Source of the DNA: a virus
Strand: one strand, 5' to 3'
DNA length: 64,000 nucleotides
IMG/VR virus record: IMGVR_UViG_3300011008_000022
Shown: positions 16,823 to 24,939 of the stretch, one piece after another
Numbering within the stretch: position 1 is the first letter of the stretch
How the letters are laid out: each line of letters opens with the position of its first letter
The notes under the pieces: generated by a model
What the model was told of the DNA's origin: nothing
Databases searched by the model: none
Seen by the model: the letters and a program-made list of their open reading frames with translations, nothing else
Program-made: the position numbers and the translations under genes

Positions 16823-19129
16823 ATGAAATACTTTGTAAATTTCCCCTATACTGCCGAGAGTTTAAAAAATGAGTTCCGCACCCTGTCTTTGAAGTTGCAC
16901 CCAGACACGGGAGGCGATGCCGAGGAGTTCGCCGCCATGATGAACGAATACGAGCAGATCGCCCGCAACCTGTCAGGAACTAAACAACACGCCCAGAGCG
17001 AAGCAGAACGCCAGGCAGAAGAAGCCCGCCGCCGTGAGGAGGAGGAAGAGCGCCGAGAGTGGGAAGCCTACCAGGAGCGCCAGCGCCAGGAACGGGAAGC
17101 AGAGCGCAAAGCAGAGGAAGAGCGCAAAGCTAAGGCCCGCCCCATCTACGAAAAGCGCTGCAAGAAATGGGCGCACCTCATGGAAGATTTAACCCCATTT
17201 ATAGAGGCTGAAAATAATGCCTATAAAAACGAGCGCCAGGCTGCCGAGACTTTCGGCTATCGTTCTGCAGAATATAAGGAGGCAGGCAAAGCCACGAAAG
17301 CCGCCAGAACTGCCACACATGCAGCCCGCCGCCGTAATCTCTTGAAGATGGCGCAAACAGCTTTCAAGGGTGTTAAATTCTCCCTTCGTTACGATAACGG
17401 CTGGGGCGGTGGTTTTATTATCGCATGGACTGACGGCCCAAGCCTGGAAGAGTTCAAGGCTGCAACCGATTACGATCTGTTTGTTTCAGTCTGGGACACC
17501 TTCGACGGTATGACAGACTGTGCCGACTATGAGCGGGCAGATTTTACAGACTTTGCCGATAAGTACAGCGGCCATCATGGAGAGGTGGAATTTGACCGTA
17601 CAATTAGCGACGAGAACAGGCAGAAAATGGCCGACGTTTTAAAGCGTCTTAATCCTGACTTTACAGACCCAGAGGCCCGCGAGCGTTACGACTGCAACAG
17701 CTGGGAAGATATCGCCGTCTTTATAGACGAGGAAAAAATCAGAGAATTTTTCCGTATCTTTGGCGCTGACTTTGACAGCGTGACCGATGAGCAGAAGAGA
17801 GCACAGCGCACAAGCCGCCACAACTTCCGCGACTATATGGACAGCCGCAAGACCTTAGCCGGTTGGATCAACGCCCTGGCCGACTTCATCACATTTAAAA
17901 CGGATGACGAGAAGAAGGCCGAGAAGCCCGCAGAGTTTGCCCCCCGTTATGGTGCCACCCTTCGCGCACTGTTTAAGCTCGTAGGCGGTCAGTCTGCCGC
18001 ATTCTGGCAGCGCGACCCCAAAACCCGCAAGAGTTCCCCGCTGTCATTGTCTGAACTCATCGAGGCCCTGGAACGTGGCGAGGCCGTAGCCTATGGAAAA
18101 AAACATGAGTACACCGACGCAGAAGGTAATATCGAGTCCGTAATTTATTGGGGTGTAAATAATGGCGGATATAAGGTACAAAAAGCCCGTGCCGAGAAGT
18201 TCGCCGCCGCTGGTTATACTCTCAGCAGTTCCGGCCATTCTTCCACCTATGCCGACGTAGAAATTACCGGCATAACTCCAGAGACTGCCGCCGCTCTTCG
18301 TGCTGAACTCGCAGACATCGAGAGACAGCGCCAGCAGTGGGAGACCAAACAGACCGCACAGAAGCCCCAGAACAGCGCCGAGACTGCCGAGCAGTCCAAC
18401 ACACAGCCCACCGACTCCGAGGCCGTCAGCGCTCCGCAAACAGTCGTAGCAGATGCCCCCGCCGATGGCTTGCAGCTCATCGACACCGCCGAGGGTGTGG
18501 CCGTCGTCTCTGAGGACTGGAAAACGACGTATTTTAATAAAAAGCACATCAAGGCCCACGGCTGCCACTGGAACAAGGAGGCGAAACGATGGGAAGCCAC
18601 CGACCCCGACGACGTGGCAAAGGTTCGCGCATGGTTTGCTCTTCGCACAGAAGAGCAGACCACCCCAGAGGCCGACACGTTAGAGGATGCCCAGAATATC
18701 ACAGAAAACGCCCAGGACAGCGCCGAGACTGTCGAGCAGTCCAACACACAGCCCACAGACTCCGAGGCCGTCAGCGAGGACGCACAGCAGCCCGCCAGCG
18801 TTTCCCCACTCTTCGAGGCAGTGGCCGACCTCTTCCGCACCTTTGCCGACATCATCCAGCAGGCCAAACGGTGGGAGGGCGTGACCATTCCAGCCGCCAC
18901 CCTCGAACGATGCGCACAGAACACCGCCGCCCGCCTCTCTGAGGTGTGCGCCTGTCTGGGCAGTCTCACGCCTGACAGCCGCGAACAGTTCGACGCGCTG
19001 GGTGTCATCTTCTGGACGCTCTCCGACAAGATCAAGACTGGCACCGACCCCGACACCCTCCAGAGTGCCACCGACTACGCCCGCGCCCAGCTCTTCGACC
19101 TCATCGAGCGCACACAAACAGAGAACTAG
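16823..19129 (+). CDS. J-domain (DnaJ-like) protein with charged coiled coil and large C-terminal extension
   Basis: N-terminus LKNEFRTLSLKLHPDTGGDAEEFAAMMNEYEQI carries the HPD signature of J domains; E/R/K-rich helix follows; 55-nt in-frame direct repeat (AETAEQSNTQPTDSEAVS twice). Confidence 0.8.
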   Translation: MKYFVNFPYTAESLKNEFRTLSLKLHPDTGGDAEEFAAMMNEYEQIARNLSGTKQHAQSEAERQAEEARRREEEEERREWEAYQERQRQEREAERKAEEERKAKARPIYEKRCKKWAHLMEDLTPFIEAENNAYKNERQAAETFGYRSAEYKEAGKATKAARTATHAARRRNLLKMAQTAFKGVKFSLRYDNGWGGGFIIAWTDGPSLEEFKAATDYDLFVSVWDTFDGMTDCADYERADFTDFADKYSGHHGEVEFDRTISDENRQKMADVLKRLNPDFTDPEARERYDCNSWEDIAVFIDEEKIREFFRIFGADFDSVTDEQKRAQRTSRHNFRDYMDSRKTLAGWINALADFITFKTDDEKKAEKPAEFAPRYGATLRALFKLVGGQSAAFWQRDPKTRKSSPLSLSELIEALERGEAVAYGKKHEYTDAEGNIESVIYWGVNNGGYKVQKARAEKFAAAGYTLSSSGHSSTYADVEITGITPETAAALRAELADIERQRQQWETKQTAQKPQNSAETAEQSNTQPTDSEAVSAPQTVVADAPADGLQLIDTAEGVAVVSEDWKTTYFNKKHIKAHGCHWNKEAKRWEATDPDDVAKVRAWFALRTEEQTTPEADTLEDAQNITENAQDSAETVEQSNTQPTDSEAVSEDAQQPASVSPLFEAVADLFRTFADIIQQAKRWEGVTIPAATLERCAQNTAARLSEVCACLGSLTPDSREQFDALGVIFWTLSDKIKTGTDPDTLQSATDYARAQLFDLIERTQTEN

Positions 19130-19270
19130 GCGCGAGCAGTCCGCGAGGCTGTCAGCTCTGACGACTCCGACCCACTGGAGAAGGCCGCTTGATATAGCGG
19201 CCTCCCCTTCCCCTCTCTTAATGTTATAGCACATCCCAAAAATCAGAAAATTTTAAAAATCTACAAAATC

Positions 19271-19522
19271 ATGGTTACAATTTCACAGAATGCCATCGCC
19301 ACCGTTAAACAGCTTAACGACCAACTTTTTGAAGCTGAGTGTGAACTGGAAGCCCAGCAGCGGGCAGTCTCTAAGTATCGCTATTATCTGGCAGCAGAAG
19401 CCAATCAGGAAACAGTCATGGATCTACGTGGTGCCATAAAGAACCTGCAGGGCTGTCAGCAGCGCGTCGATCATCTGCGCCAGCGTCTCACCGACACCCT
19501 CGAAAATATCTGGTCATTATAG
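19271..19522 (+). CDS. hypothetical protein (83 aa)
   Basis: Helical/coiled-coil-like sequence; ATG in A-rich context. Confidence 0.6.
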   Translation: MVTISQNAIATVKQLNDQLFEAECELEAQQRAVSKYRYYLAAEANQETVMDLRGAIKNLQGCQQRVDHLRQRLTDTLENIWSL

Positions 19523-19542
19523 ACCATCTCAAAAATCCCCGT

Positions 19543-19574
19543 TTTCATCATTTCATCGTTTCATCAATTCATTA
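19543..19574 (+). repeat. TTCATMA array before ATG 19579
   Basis: tttcatcatttcatcgtttcatcaattcatta. Confidence 0.8.
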
Positions 19575-19578
19575 AATT

Positions 19579-19827
19579 ATGGTCATCATCAACGGTCACA
19601 AGTTCTACGAGGTCCCTACCTCTTGCGGCACCTGTCCTTTCCTCCTCACTGGTAACACCTCCACCCCTGGCGTATCTACCGGCTACAGCAAAGGTCTGTG
19701 CGTCCAGTGGAACGAAACCCACCACACCTGGGCCAACATTCCCCGCCGCTGTTCTAAGCTCTTCCGCCGTGCTTTTGACCTCTACAATGACACCGGCGAG
19801 AATTTAGTTATCACTAAAAAAGAGTAA
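19579..19827 (+). CDS. hypothetical Cys-containing protein (82 aa)
   Basis: Start preceded by TTCATCA array 19543-19574. Confidence 0.6.
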   Translation: MVIINGHKFYEVPTSCGTCPFLLTGNTSTPGVSTGYSKGLCVQWNETHHTWANIPRRCSKLFRRAFDLYNDTGENLVITKKE

Positions 19828-19872
19828 AAAACCAACAAATTTCGATTTTATTTTAATTTTCCTGCAAAATTA

Positions 19873-19904
19873 TTTGGCAGTATCAAAATATATTCGTATC
19901 TTTG
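19873..19904 (+). promoter_or_regulatory. early promoter cassette copy 1 (-33 TTTG, -7 TATCTTTG)
   Basis: atatttggcagtatcaaaatatattcgtatctttgcacc. Confidence 0.7.
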
Positions 19905-19923
19905 CACCGACAAATAAAAGTTT

Positions 19924-19946
19924 AACCGAGCCACGAGGCTCACAAA
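19924..19946 (+). promoter_or_regulatory. conserved 5' leader hairpin (L1)
   Basis: aaccGAGCCacgaGGCTCacaaaa. Confidence 0.75.
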
Positions 19947-19959
19947 AAAGTATTTCATC

Positions 19960-20790
19960 ATGTTACAGACAGCAACAACTCAGGCACCATTTGCCGCAAT
20001 CAACATTCAGAACATCGCTAAACAGCGAGAGAACAAACAGGCTACCTTCTCTGCTATCATTCAGAACAACTGGGAAGCATGTAAGAACCGCTTTCGTGTT
20101 ACGTTCACCAATGGCACCACCGAGATCAAGCGCCTCTTTACTAACAGCGGAATGGTCTGCGAGTATGGCAAAGGCCGCCGTACCTATGGCCATTATGCCT
20201 ATATCGACAACTGGCAGAAGGTAGAACCTGTGAAGCCAGCCCCCAAATATAGTTATAGCATGTTCCACCGCAATACCACCAAGGCCGCCGCTCTCCTGGC
20301 TGCCTCTGGCTTGTGGCCCGAAATGCAGAAGCGCATGGCTGTTATGTCCCAGTTCTCCCAGTCTGAATATAACGAGATTATGGATATCTATCAGAAGAGC
20401 TGGGACTGCGACTATCGCGACACAGAGAAGCGTCAGGAACTGGAAAAGTCCTTCAACGACTTCTTCACCTCTCGTGGCACTACTCCCGACTACTACCACT
20501 TCAAGCAACTCAGCGAGAAGTCACAGATCATCAGCATCCCCTTCGGCAAAGATGGGAGTTATGAGCGCCGCATGGTTGCCAACCATTTAGAGCAGGCCCA
20601 GCAGTCCGCTGCCGACTATGACGATGGCTTTGGCGTTCGTTGGTATGGCAGCTATGATTACAGCGTCTCTGTCAGCAAGAAAGATGGTGTACTTCGTGGC
20701 TGGTACTCTGCCGAGTACAAAGGTTGTGGCAATGGCCATTATTACCTCCTACTCGATGCTACTCATGCCATCTATTGCGAAGACGATTGA
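19960..20790 (+). CDS. hypothetical early protein (276 aa)
   Basis: Downstream of promoter cassette (-7 box 19897-19904) and leader hairpin 19924-19946. Confidence 0.75.
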   Translation: MLQTATTQAPFAAINIQNIAKQRENKQATFSAIIQNNWEACKNRFRVTFTNGTTEIKRLFTNSGMVCEYGKGRRTYGHYAYIDNWQKVEPVKPAPKYSYSMFHRNTTKAAALLAASGLWPEMQKRMAVMSQFSQSEYNEIMDIYQKSWDCDYRDTEKRQELEKSFNDFFTSRGTTPDYYHFKQLSEKSQIISIPFGKDGSYERRMVANHLEQAQQSAADYDDGFGVRWYGSYDYSVSVSKKDGVLRGWYSAEYKGCGNGHYYLLLDATHAIYCEDD

Positions 20791-20791
20791 C

Positions 20792-20822
20792 CCACCGTGC
20801 CCAGCCTTTCTCGGCTGGGTCC
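20792..20822 (+). repeat. family-A hairpin, 1 nt after the stop codon
   Basis: ccaccgtgCCCAGCCtttctcGGCTGGGtcc. Confidence 0.9.
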
Positions 20823-20826
20823 CTCT

Positions 20827-20858
20827 TTTCATTCATTCATCAATTCATCAAATCATTA
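20827..20858 (+). repeat. TTCATMA array
   Basis: tttcattcattcatcaattcatcaaatcatta. Confidence 0.8.
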
Positions 20859-20880
20859 ACCGAGCTTTCAGGCTCACGAA
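20858..20880 (+). promoter_or_regulatory. conserved 5' leader hairpin (L2)
   Basis: aaccGAGCtttcagGCTCacgaaaa. Confidence 0.7.
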
Positions 20881-20893
20881 AAAAATCAAACTT

Positions 20894-21139
20894 ATGGATA
20901 TCAAAATCAAGAAAATTGTTTCCTGGATTTTCCCTTATTTCGGGAACGACCACATCATGCCCTATGGCTCTCTTCTCGTTACTGACGGAAAGACTGAGCG
21001 CGTATGCCATACCAAGGGCGACCGCTATCACGATAACGATGGCTATCAGTACATCACCTTCAATCGTCGCCGTTATGAAGTTCTCGCCTCTGGCAATCCA
21101 GCACGAGGCATGAAAATCTCTCTGCGCCCTGTTGCTTAA
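20894..21139 (+). CDS. hypothetical protein (81 aa)
   Basis: ATG 20894 (MDIKIKK) downstream of leader hairpin 20858-20880; the longer track ORF from 20618 overlaps the previous gene. Confidence 0.6.
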   Translation: MDIKIKKIVSWIFPYFGNDHIMPYGSLLVTDGKTERVCHTKGDRYHDNDGYQYITFNRRRYEVLASGNPARGMKISLRPVA

Positions 21140-21170
21140 TTCATCATTTCATCAATTCATCAATTCATCA
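21139..21170 (+). repeat. TTCATMA array before ATG 21175
   Basis: aattcatcatttcatcaattcatcaattcatca. Confidence 0.8.
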
Positions 21171-21174
21171 TATT

Positions 21175-21291
21175 ATGGCAAAGAATTATAAAGTCGAGAA
21201 TGGCAAGCATTTGAAAGCCATTAGAAGCCCTTATGATGGCCGTGTAGTCGGCTGGATAGATATAACTGAAAGTTCAACGAAAAACTCATAA
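21175..21291 (+). CDS. small hypothetical protein (38 aa)
   Basis: MAKNYKVENGKHLKAIRSPYDGRVVGWIDITESSTKNS; below the ORF-track cutoff; start preceded by TTCATCA array as for neighbouring genes. Confidence 0.4.
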   Translation: MAKNYKVENGKHLKAIRSPYDGRVVGWIDITESSTKNS

Positions 21292-21303
21292 ATTCGTCAA
21301 GTT

Positions 21304-21570
21304 ATGAAAGCAATGGAATCCTATCATTCTGGTACTGTCGGCTTCGATATTCTACACACAGATGTTGTCGAGGTAGAACGTCGTACAATTACGATTAAAA
21401 CCTATAATGGTAATATCACCAGACCAGGCAACAGAGTCATGCGCTGCCGTCACTGTGGAAATGAATGGGTGGAGTCTATCACAAGCCCCCAGGTTCTTTC
21501 TCAGGATGTGCTAAACGAACTCCATGAGTATTTCAGCGATTATACAGAATGTAAACAGAAAAAAGCATAA
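21304..21570 (+). CDS. hypothetical protein (88 aa)
   Basis: Contains CRHCG; ATG in A-rich context. Confidence 0.6.
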   Translation: MKAMESYHSGTVGFDILHTDVVEVERRTITIKTYNGNITRPGNRVMRCRHCGNEWVESITSPQVLSQDVLNELHEYFSDYTECKQKKA

Positions 21571-21587
21571 GTAAACCCGCCACAACT

Positions 21588-23096
21588 ATGAACATGTTTT
21601 CTTATAACTCCGATTTCTACCCCACCCCGAAAGAAGTTATTGCCCAGATGATGATGGGCGAAGATATAGTAGGCAAAACCATTCTCGAACCCTCTGCCGG
21701 TTCTGGCAATATCGTTGACTGGCTCAAAGAGAATGGAGTCAAGGAGGTCATCGCCTGCGAGAATGACCCTACCCTACTCCGCATTCTACGCGGAAAGTGT
21801 GACATCCTGGCTGAAGACTTCCTGACAGTCACCTCCGAACAGGTCAGCCACTGCGACTATATCGTAATGAACCCGCCCTTCTCTCATGGTGCCGAGCACA
21901 TTCTTCACGCCTTCGATATTGCCCCCGCTGGCTGCACCGTCGTGGCCCTCTGTAATAGCAGCAACTTTGACTCTTTCTACCGCAACAAGACCAAACAGCG
22001 CCTCGCCGAGACTATCGACCTCTACGGACAGCGCGAGTCGCTGGGTAATGTCTTCCACACTGCCGACCGTCAGACAGATGTCAACATCGAACTTATCAAG
22101 CTATACAAGGAGGGTGCCGGTGCCAGTGAGTTCGACGGTTATATCTTTGAGCAGTACGACTCAGACACTGCTGGCACTCAGGAAGGACTCATGCAATACA
22201 ACTTCGTGCGCGATATTGTGAACCGTTACGTCTCTGCTGTTCGCATGTTCGATGAAGTTATGGCTATGTCAAAGCGCATCAATGAGGTGGCCGACTTCTA
22301 CGACTTCCGCACCGTCACCGACCCTAAGACCGGCGAAACTCGCCAGGAGCCACAATACTATGGCGGACTGCCTATCACCTTTGGCGCTCAGACCAAGGGC
22401 GAACACCCCACCGCTATCAGTCACCAGCGCTATAAGCGAGAACTGCAGAAGCACTACTGGCACATCATTTTCCAGAAGCTCAACATGGAGAAGTATGCCA
22501 CCCGCGAACTCCGTGAGCAGATCAACCGCTTCATCGAGTCCCAGAAGTGCGCACCATTCACCATGAAGAATGTCTATCGCGTCATCGATATGGTCATCCA
22601 GACTAACGGACAGCGAATGCTTACCGCCCTGGAAGAAGCCTTCGACCTCATTTGCTCACTATCTGCCGAGAACTCCACCGCTGGCGAGAAATGGAAGACC
22701 AACGCTAACTATATGGTCAATCGCCGCTTCATCGTTGACTACATCACAGAGGGTTATTTCTATGGCTCCACCCGTCCAACTGTTGACTTCCCTTGTGGTG
22801 GCCGTACCGACCGCATGGAGGATGTCTGCAAGGCACTGTGCTACCTCACTGGACGCAATTACGACGAGATAGGCCGCCTAACTCAGGTAGGCCGTGGCCA
22901 ACAGTGGGGACAGTGGTTTGAGTGGGGCTTCTTCCGCTGCCGTGGCTATAAAAAGGGCACCATGCACTTTGAGTTCCTGGACGAAGACGTGTGGGCACGT
23001 TTCAATTACGAGGTAGCCGTCCAGAAGTCCAAGACAAAAGGCTGGGACCTCCCAAAGGTCACACCTAAAAAGTCGAAAAAAACAAAAGCCGCCTAA
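21588..23096 (+). CDS. N6-adenine DNA methyltransferase with DUF4942-like C-terminal domain
   Basis: FYPTP...ILEPSAGSGNI (SAM motif I) and IVMNPPF (motif IV, NPPF). Confidence 0.8.
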   Translation: MNMFSYNSDFYPTPKEVIAQMMMGEDIVGKTILEPSAGSGNIVDWLKENGVKEVIACENDPTLLRILRGKCDILAEDFLTVTSEQVSHCDYIVMNPPFSHGAEHILHAFDIAPAGCTVVALCNSSNFDSFYRNKTKQRLAETIDLYGQRESLGNVFHTADRQTDVNIELIKLYKEGAGASEFDGYIFEQYDSDTAGTQEGLMQYNFVRDIVNRYVSAVRMFDEVMAMSKRINEVADFYDFRTVTDPKTGETRQEPQYYGGLPITFGAQTKGEHPTAISHQRYKRELQKHYWHIIFQKLNMEKYATRELREQINRFIESQKCAPFTMKNVYRVIDMVIQTNGQRMLTALEEAFDLICSLSAENSTAGEKWKTNANYMVNRRFIVDYITEGYFYGSTRPTVDFPCGGRTDRMEDVCKALCYLTGRNYDEIGRLTQVGRGQQWGQWFEWGFFRCRGYKKGTMHFEFLDEDVWARFNYEVAVQKSKTKGWDLPKVTPKKSKKTKAA

Positions 23097-23107
23097 CCCC
23101 TACCCGC

Positions 23108-23130
23108 CCCCACTGGTTCCCCCAGTGGGG
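23108..23130 (+). repeat. family-A-like hairpin variant after the methyltransferase gene
   Basis: CCCCACTGGttcccCCAGTGGGG. Confidence 0.7.
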
Positions 23131-23136
23131 TGCTCT

Positions 23137-23167
23137 GTTTCGTTTATTGTCAGGCGATTTTATCGCC
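23137..23167 (+). repeat. family-C motif
   Basis: gtttcgtttattgtcaGGCGATtttATCGCC. Confidence 0.85.
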
Positions 23168-23212
23168 AAAACAAAAAAAAATCACTAAAAATCAAAATTT
23201 TATCGAAAAATA

Positions 23213-23244
23213 TTTGGTAATATCAAATTATATTCGTATCTTTG
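23213..23244 (+). promoter_or_regulatory. early promoter cassette copy 2
   Basis: atatttggtaatatcaaattatattcgtatctttgcacc. Confidence 0.7.
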
Positions 23245-23263
23245 CACCGACAAATAAAAGTTT

Positions 23264-23286
23264 AACCGAGGGAATCCCTCACAAAA
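23264..23286 (+). promoter_or_regulatory. conserved 5' leader hairpin (L3)
   Basis: aaccGAGGGaatCCCTCacaaaa. Confidence 0.75.
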
Positions 23287-23300
23287 AACATTTTCAGCGT

Positions 23301-23735
23301 ATGACAATCCAAGAATTTAAGAACGAAGCCGCCCGCCGAGGTCACACCTTCGACAATAGCGACAATGCCTCTCGTGCATGGTCTCGCTCATGGGGCCTTA
23401 CCTGGTGGCGCAATGTATGGTTCTATCGTGAGTACCGTCTGGGTGCTTTCACCTATCGTACTGGTCGCGTCCGCCATCGCCATCACTCTTACACTAACAC
23501 CGAGTATCGTATTAACGACTCTGAGGTTTCACAACGTGAGTTCCTAAAGGCTCTCGACACCTTTCAGGCTCCCGCCCTCTCTGCCGATGAGCAGTCCTAC
23601 ATCCAGCAGCAAGAGCAGCTTGCGCGTCAGGCTGCAGCCCGTCGTGCTGCATGGCACCGCTCCCACCCTTCACGCTCTCGCCGTCAGACCTCTTCCGATC
23701 ATGCCGTGCAACTCACATTCAATTTCGCTGCATGA
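23301..23735 (+). CDS. hypothetical early protein (144 aa)
   Basis: ATG 23301 downstream of promoter cassette (-7 box 23237-23244) and leader hairpin 23264-23286; the track start 23130 would span the promoter. Confidence 0.65.
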   Translation: MTIQEFKNEAARRGHTFDNSDNASRAWSRSWGLTWWRNVWFYREYRLGAFTYRTGRVRHRHHSYTNTEYRINDSEVSQREFLKALDTFQAPALSADEQSYIQQQEQLARQAAARRAAWHRSHPSRSRRQTSSDHAVQLTFNFAA

Positions 23736-23766
23736 TTTCATCAATTCATAAATTCATCTATTCACC
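23736..23766 (+). repeat. TTCATMA array
   Basis: tttcatcaattcataaattcatctattcacc. Confidence 0.8.
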
Positions 23767-23792
23767 GTTTCACTAAAAAACACTAAACAATT

Positions 23793-24359
23793 ATGGATAA
23801 ATTTAATTTTGGAGTTATCAGACCATATATGGTCGAAGAACAGCGCATGATAAATCGTTATGCTAACGAGAATGAGGGCACTCTGCCCATGCTGCATTCA
23901 CCTCATATCAAGTTGGGTCACTATGACACTCAGACTATCGCCTCTGTTGCTATGCGTGGTCTTACCCTGAATGGCTGGACGTGTAAGCAAACCTATAAGT
24001 GGTGGCAGGACTATCGCCGCCACCATTCTGCCCTCTATCCTGGCTCATGCTCTTCTGAGGTCTCTTGTGGTCCTAAGATTTTCGAGCGCGTATGGAACAC
24101 GCTGGCTGAATGGCTGCCATATCATCTGCCTAAGATTACCAACAGCCGGTGGTACTATATGAACATCACCGACTGGGACGGACGCAGACGCAAGTGGTAT
24201 TTCGACCGCCCAGACGATGCCACCGCCGTGCATTATTTCTTGCACCATAAAAAATCAGATCACGATATCAACGAATATCATTCCCTTTATTCTGTCACCT
24301 GGGACGGTCAGAATTTCGTCAACCCGAAACGCCTTTCAGTCTCACACAAAGCTGCATAA
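23793..24359 (+). CDS. hypothetical protein (188 aa)
   Basis: Preceded by TTCATCA array and a conserved leader TTCACCGTTTCACTAAAAAACA..CAATTATG. Confidence 0.7.
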   Translation: MDKFNFGVIRPYMVEEQRMINRYANENEGTLPMLHSPHIKLGHYDTQTIASVAMRGLTLNGWTCKQTYKWWQDYRRHHSALYPGSCSSEVSCGPKIFERVWNTLAEWLPYHLPKITNSRWYYMNITDWDGRRRKWYFDRPDDATAVHYFLHHKKSDHDINEYHSLYSVTWDGQNFVNPKRLSVSHKAA

Positions 24360-24395
24360 ATTCATTCATTCATTATTTCATCAATTCATCAATTC
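24358..24395 (+). repeat. TTCATMA array running into ATG 24396
   Basis: aaattcattcattcattatttcatcaattcatcaattc. Confidence 0.8.
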
Positions 24396-24740
24396 ATGTC
24401 ACACTATCTCTACACATTCACCCTCTCCACAGCCACCGGCGACCATGGCCACCAGTACCCGCTACTCACCGCCAACGAATACCCCTGGATGAACGTCCAG
24501 ATTATCCCCACACCCGACTCTCAGCGCTCCCTCATTCTCGAAGCGCTCAACAAGCGGGGTGGGGGAGTGGCCACCGTCTCAGGGCGCACCGACTTCGTGG
24601 CTATCCAGGCCGGTGGCGGTTCCGAAGAGCACCCCACCATCCCTATCACCCGCCAGAACTACCAACATGTCGCCGCCATTCTCCGCGACTGCCTCCAAGC
24701 AGCTGCCGACCACTGGGCCGCTACTCACCCCGTCGAGTAG
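24396..24740 (+). CDS. hypothetical protein (114 aa)
   Basis: ATG embedded in the last unit of TTCATCA array 24358-24395. Confidence 0.6.
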   Translation: MSHYLYTFTLSTATGDHGHQYPLLTANEYPWMNVQIIPTPDSQRSLILEALNKRGGGVATVSGRTDFVAIQAGGGSEEHPTIPITRQNYQHVAAILRDCLQAAADHWAATHPVE

Positions 24741-24744
24741 AGCG

Positions 24745-24764
24745 CCCAGCGGTTCCCTTGCTGG
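24745..24764 (+). repeat. degenerate family-A hairpin
   Basis: cCCAGCggttcccttGCTGG. Confidence 0.55.
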
Positions 24765-24770
24765 TCCTCT

Positions 24771-24801
24771 GTCCCGTCTCTTTTAGGGCGATTTTATCGC
24801 C
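24771..24801 (+). repeat. family-C motif
   Basis: gtcccgtctcttttagGGCGATtttATCGCC. Confidence 0.8.
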
Positions 24802-24845
24802 AAAACAAAAAAATTAGCCAAAAATCAAATTTTTCTCGAAAAATA

Positions 24846-24877
24846 TTTGGCAGTATCAAAATATATTCGTATCTTTG
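24846..24877 (+). promoter_or_regulatory. early promoter cassette copy 3
   Basis: atatttggcagtatcaaaatatattcgtatctttgcagc. Confidence 0.7.
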
Positions 24878-24903
24878 CAGCGTAAAACAATAAATAATAT
24901 GTT

Positions 24904-24927
24904 TCACCGAGGGTCAGCCCTCACAAA
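24904..24927 (+). promoter_or_regulatory. conserved 5' leader hairpin (L4)
   Basis: caccGAGGGtcagCCCTCacaaa. Confidence 0.75.
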
Positions 24928-24939
24928 TAAACAAAGAAT

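Noticed and set aside
16973-19234. Long antisense and off-frame ORFs within the J-domain gene (for example 18247..19071 -, 18044..18568 -, 18680..19234 -)
   Set aside because: Typical stop-poor shadow frames of GC-rich coding DNA. The + frame has the J-domain signature and continuous coding character.
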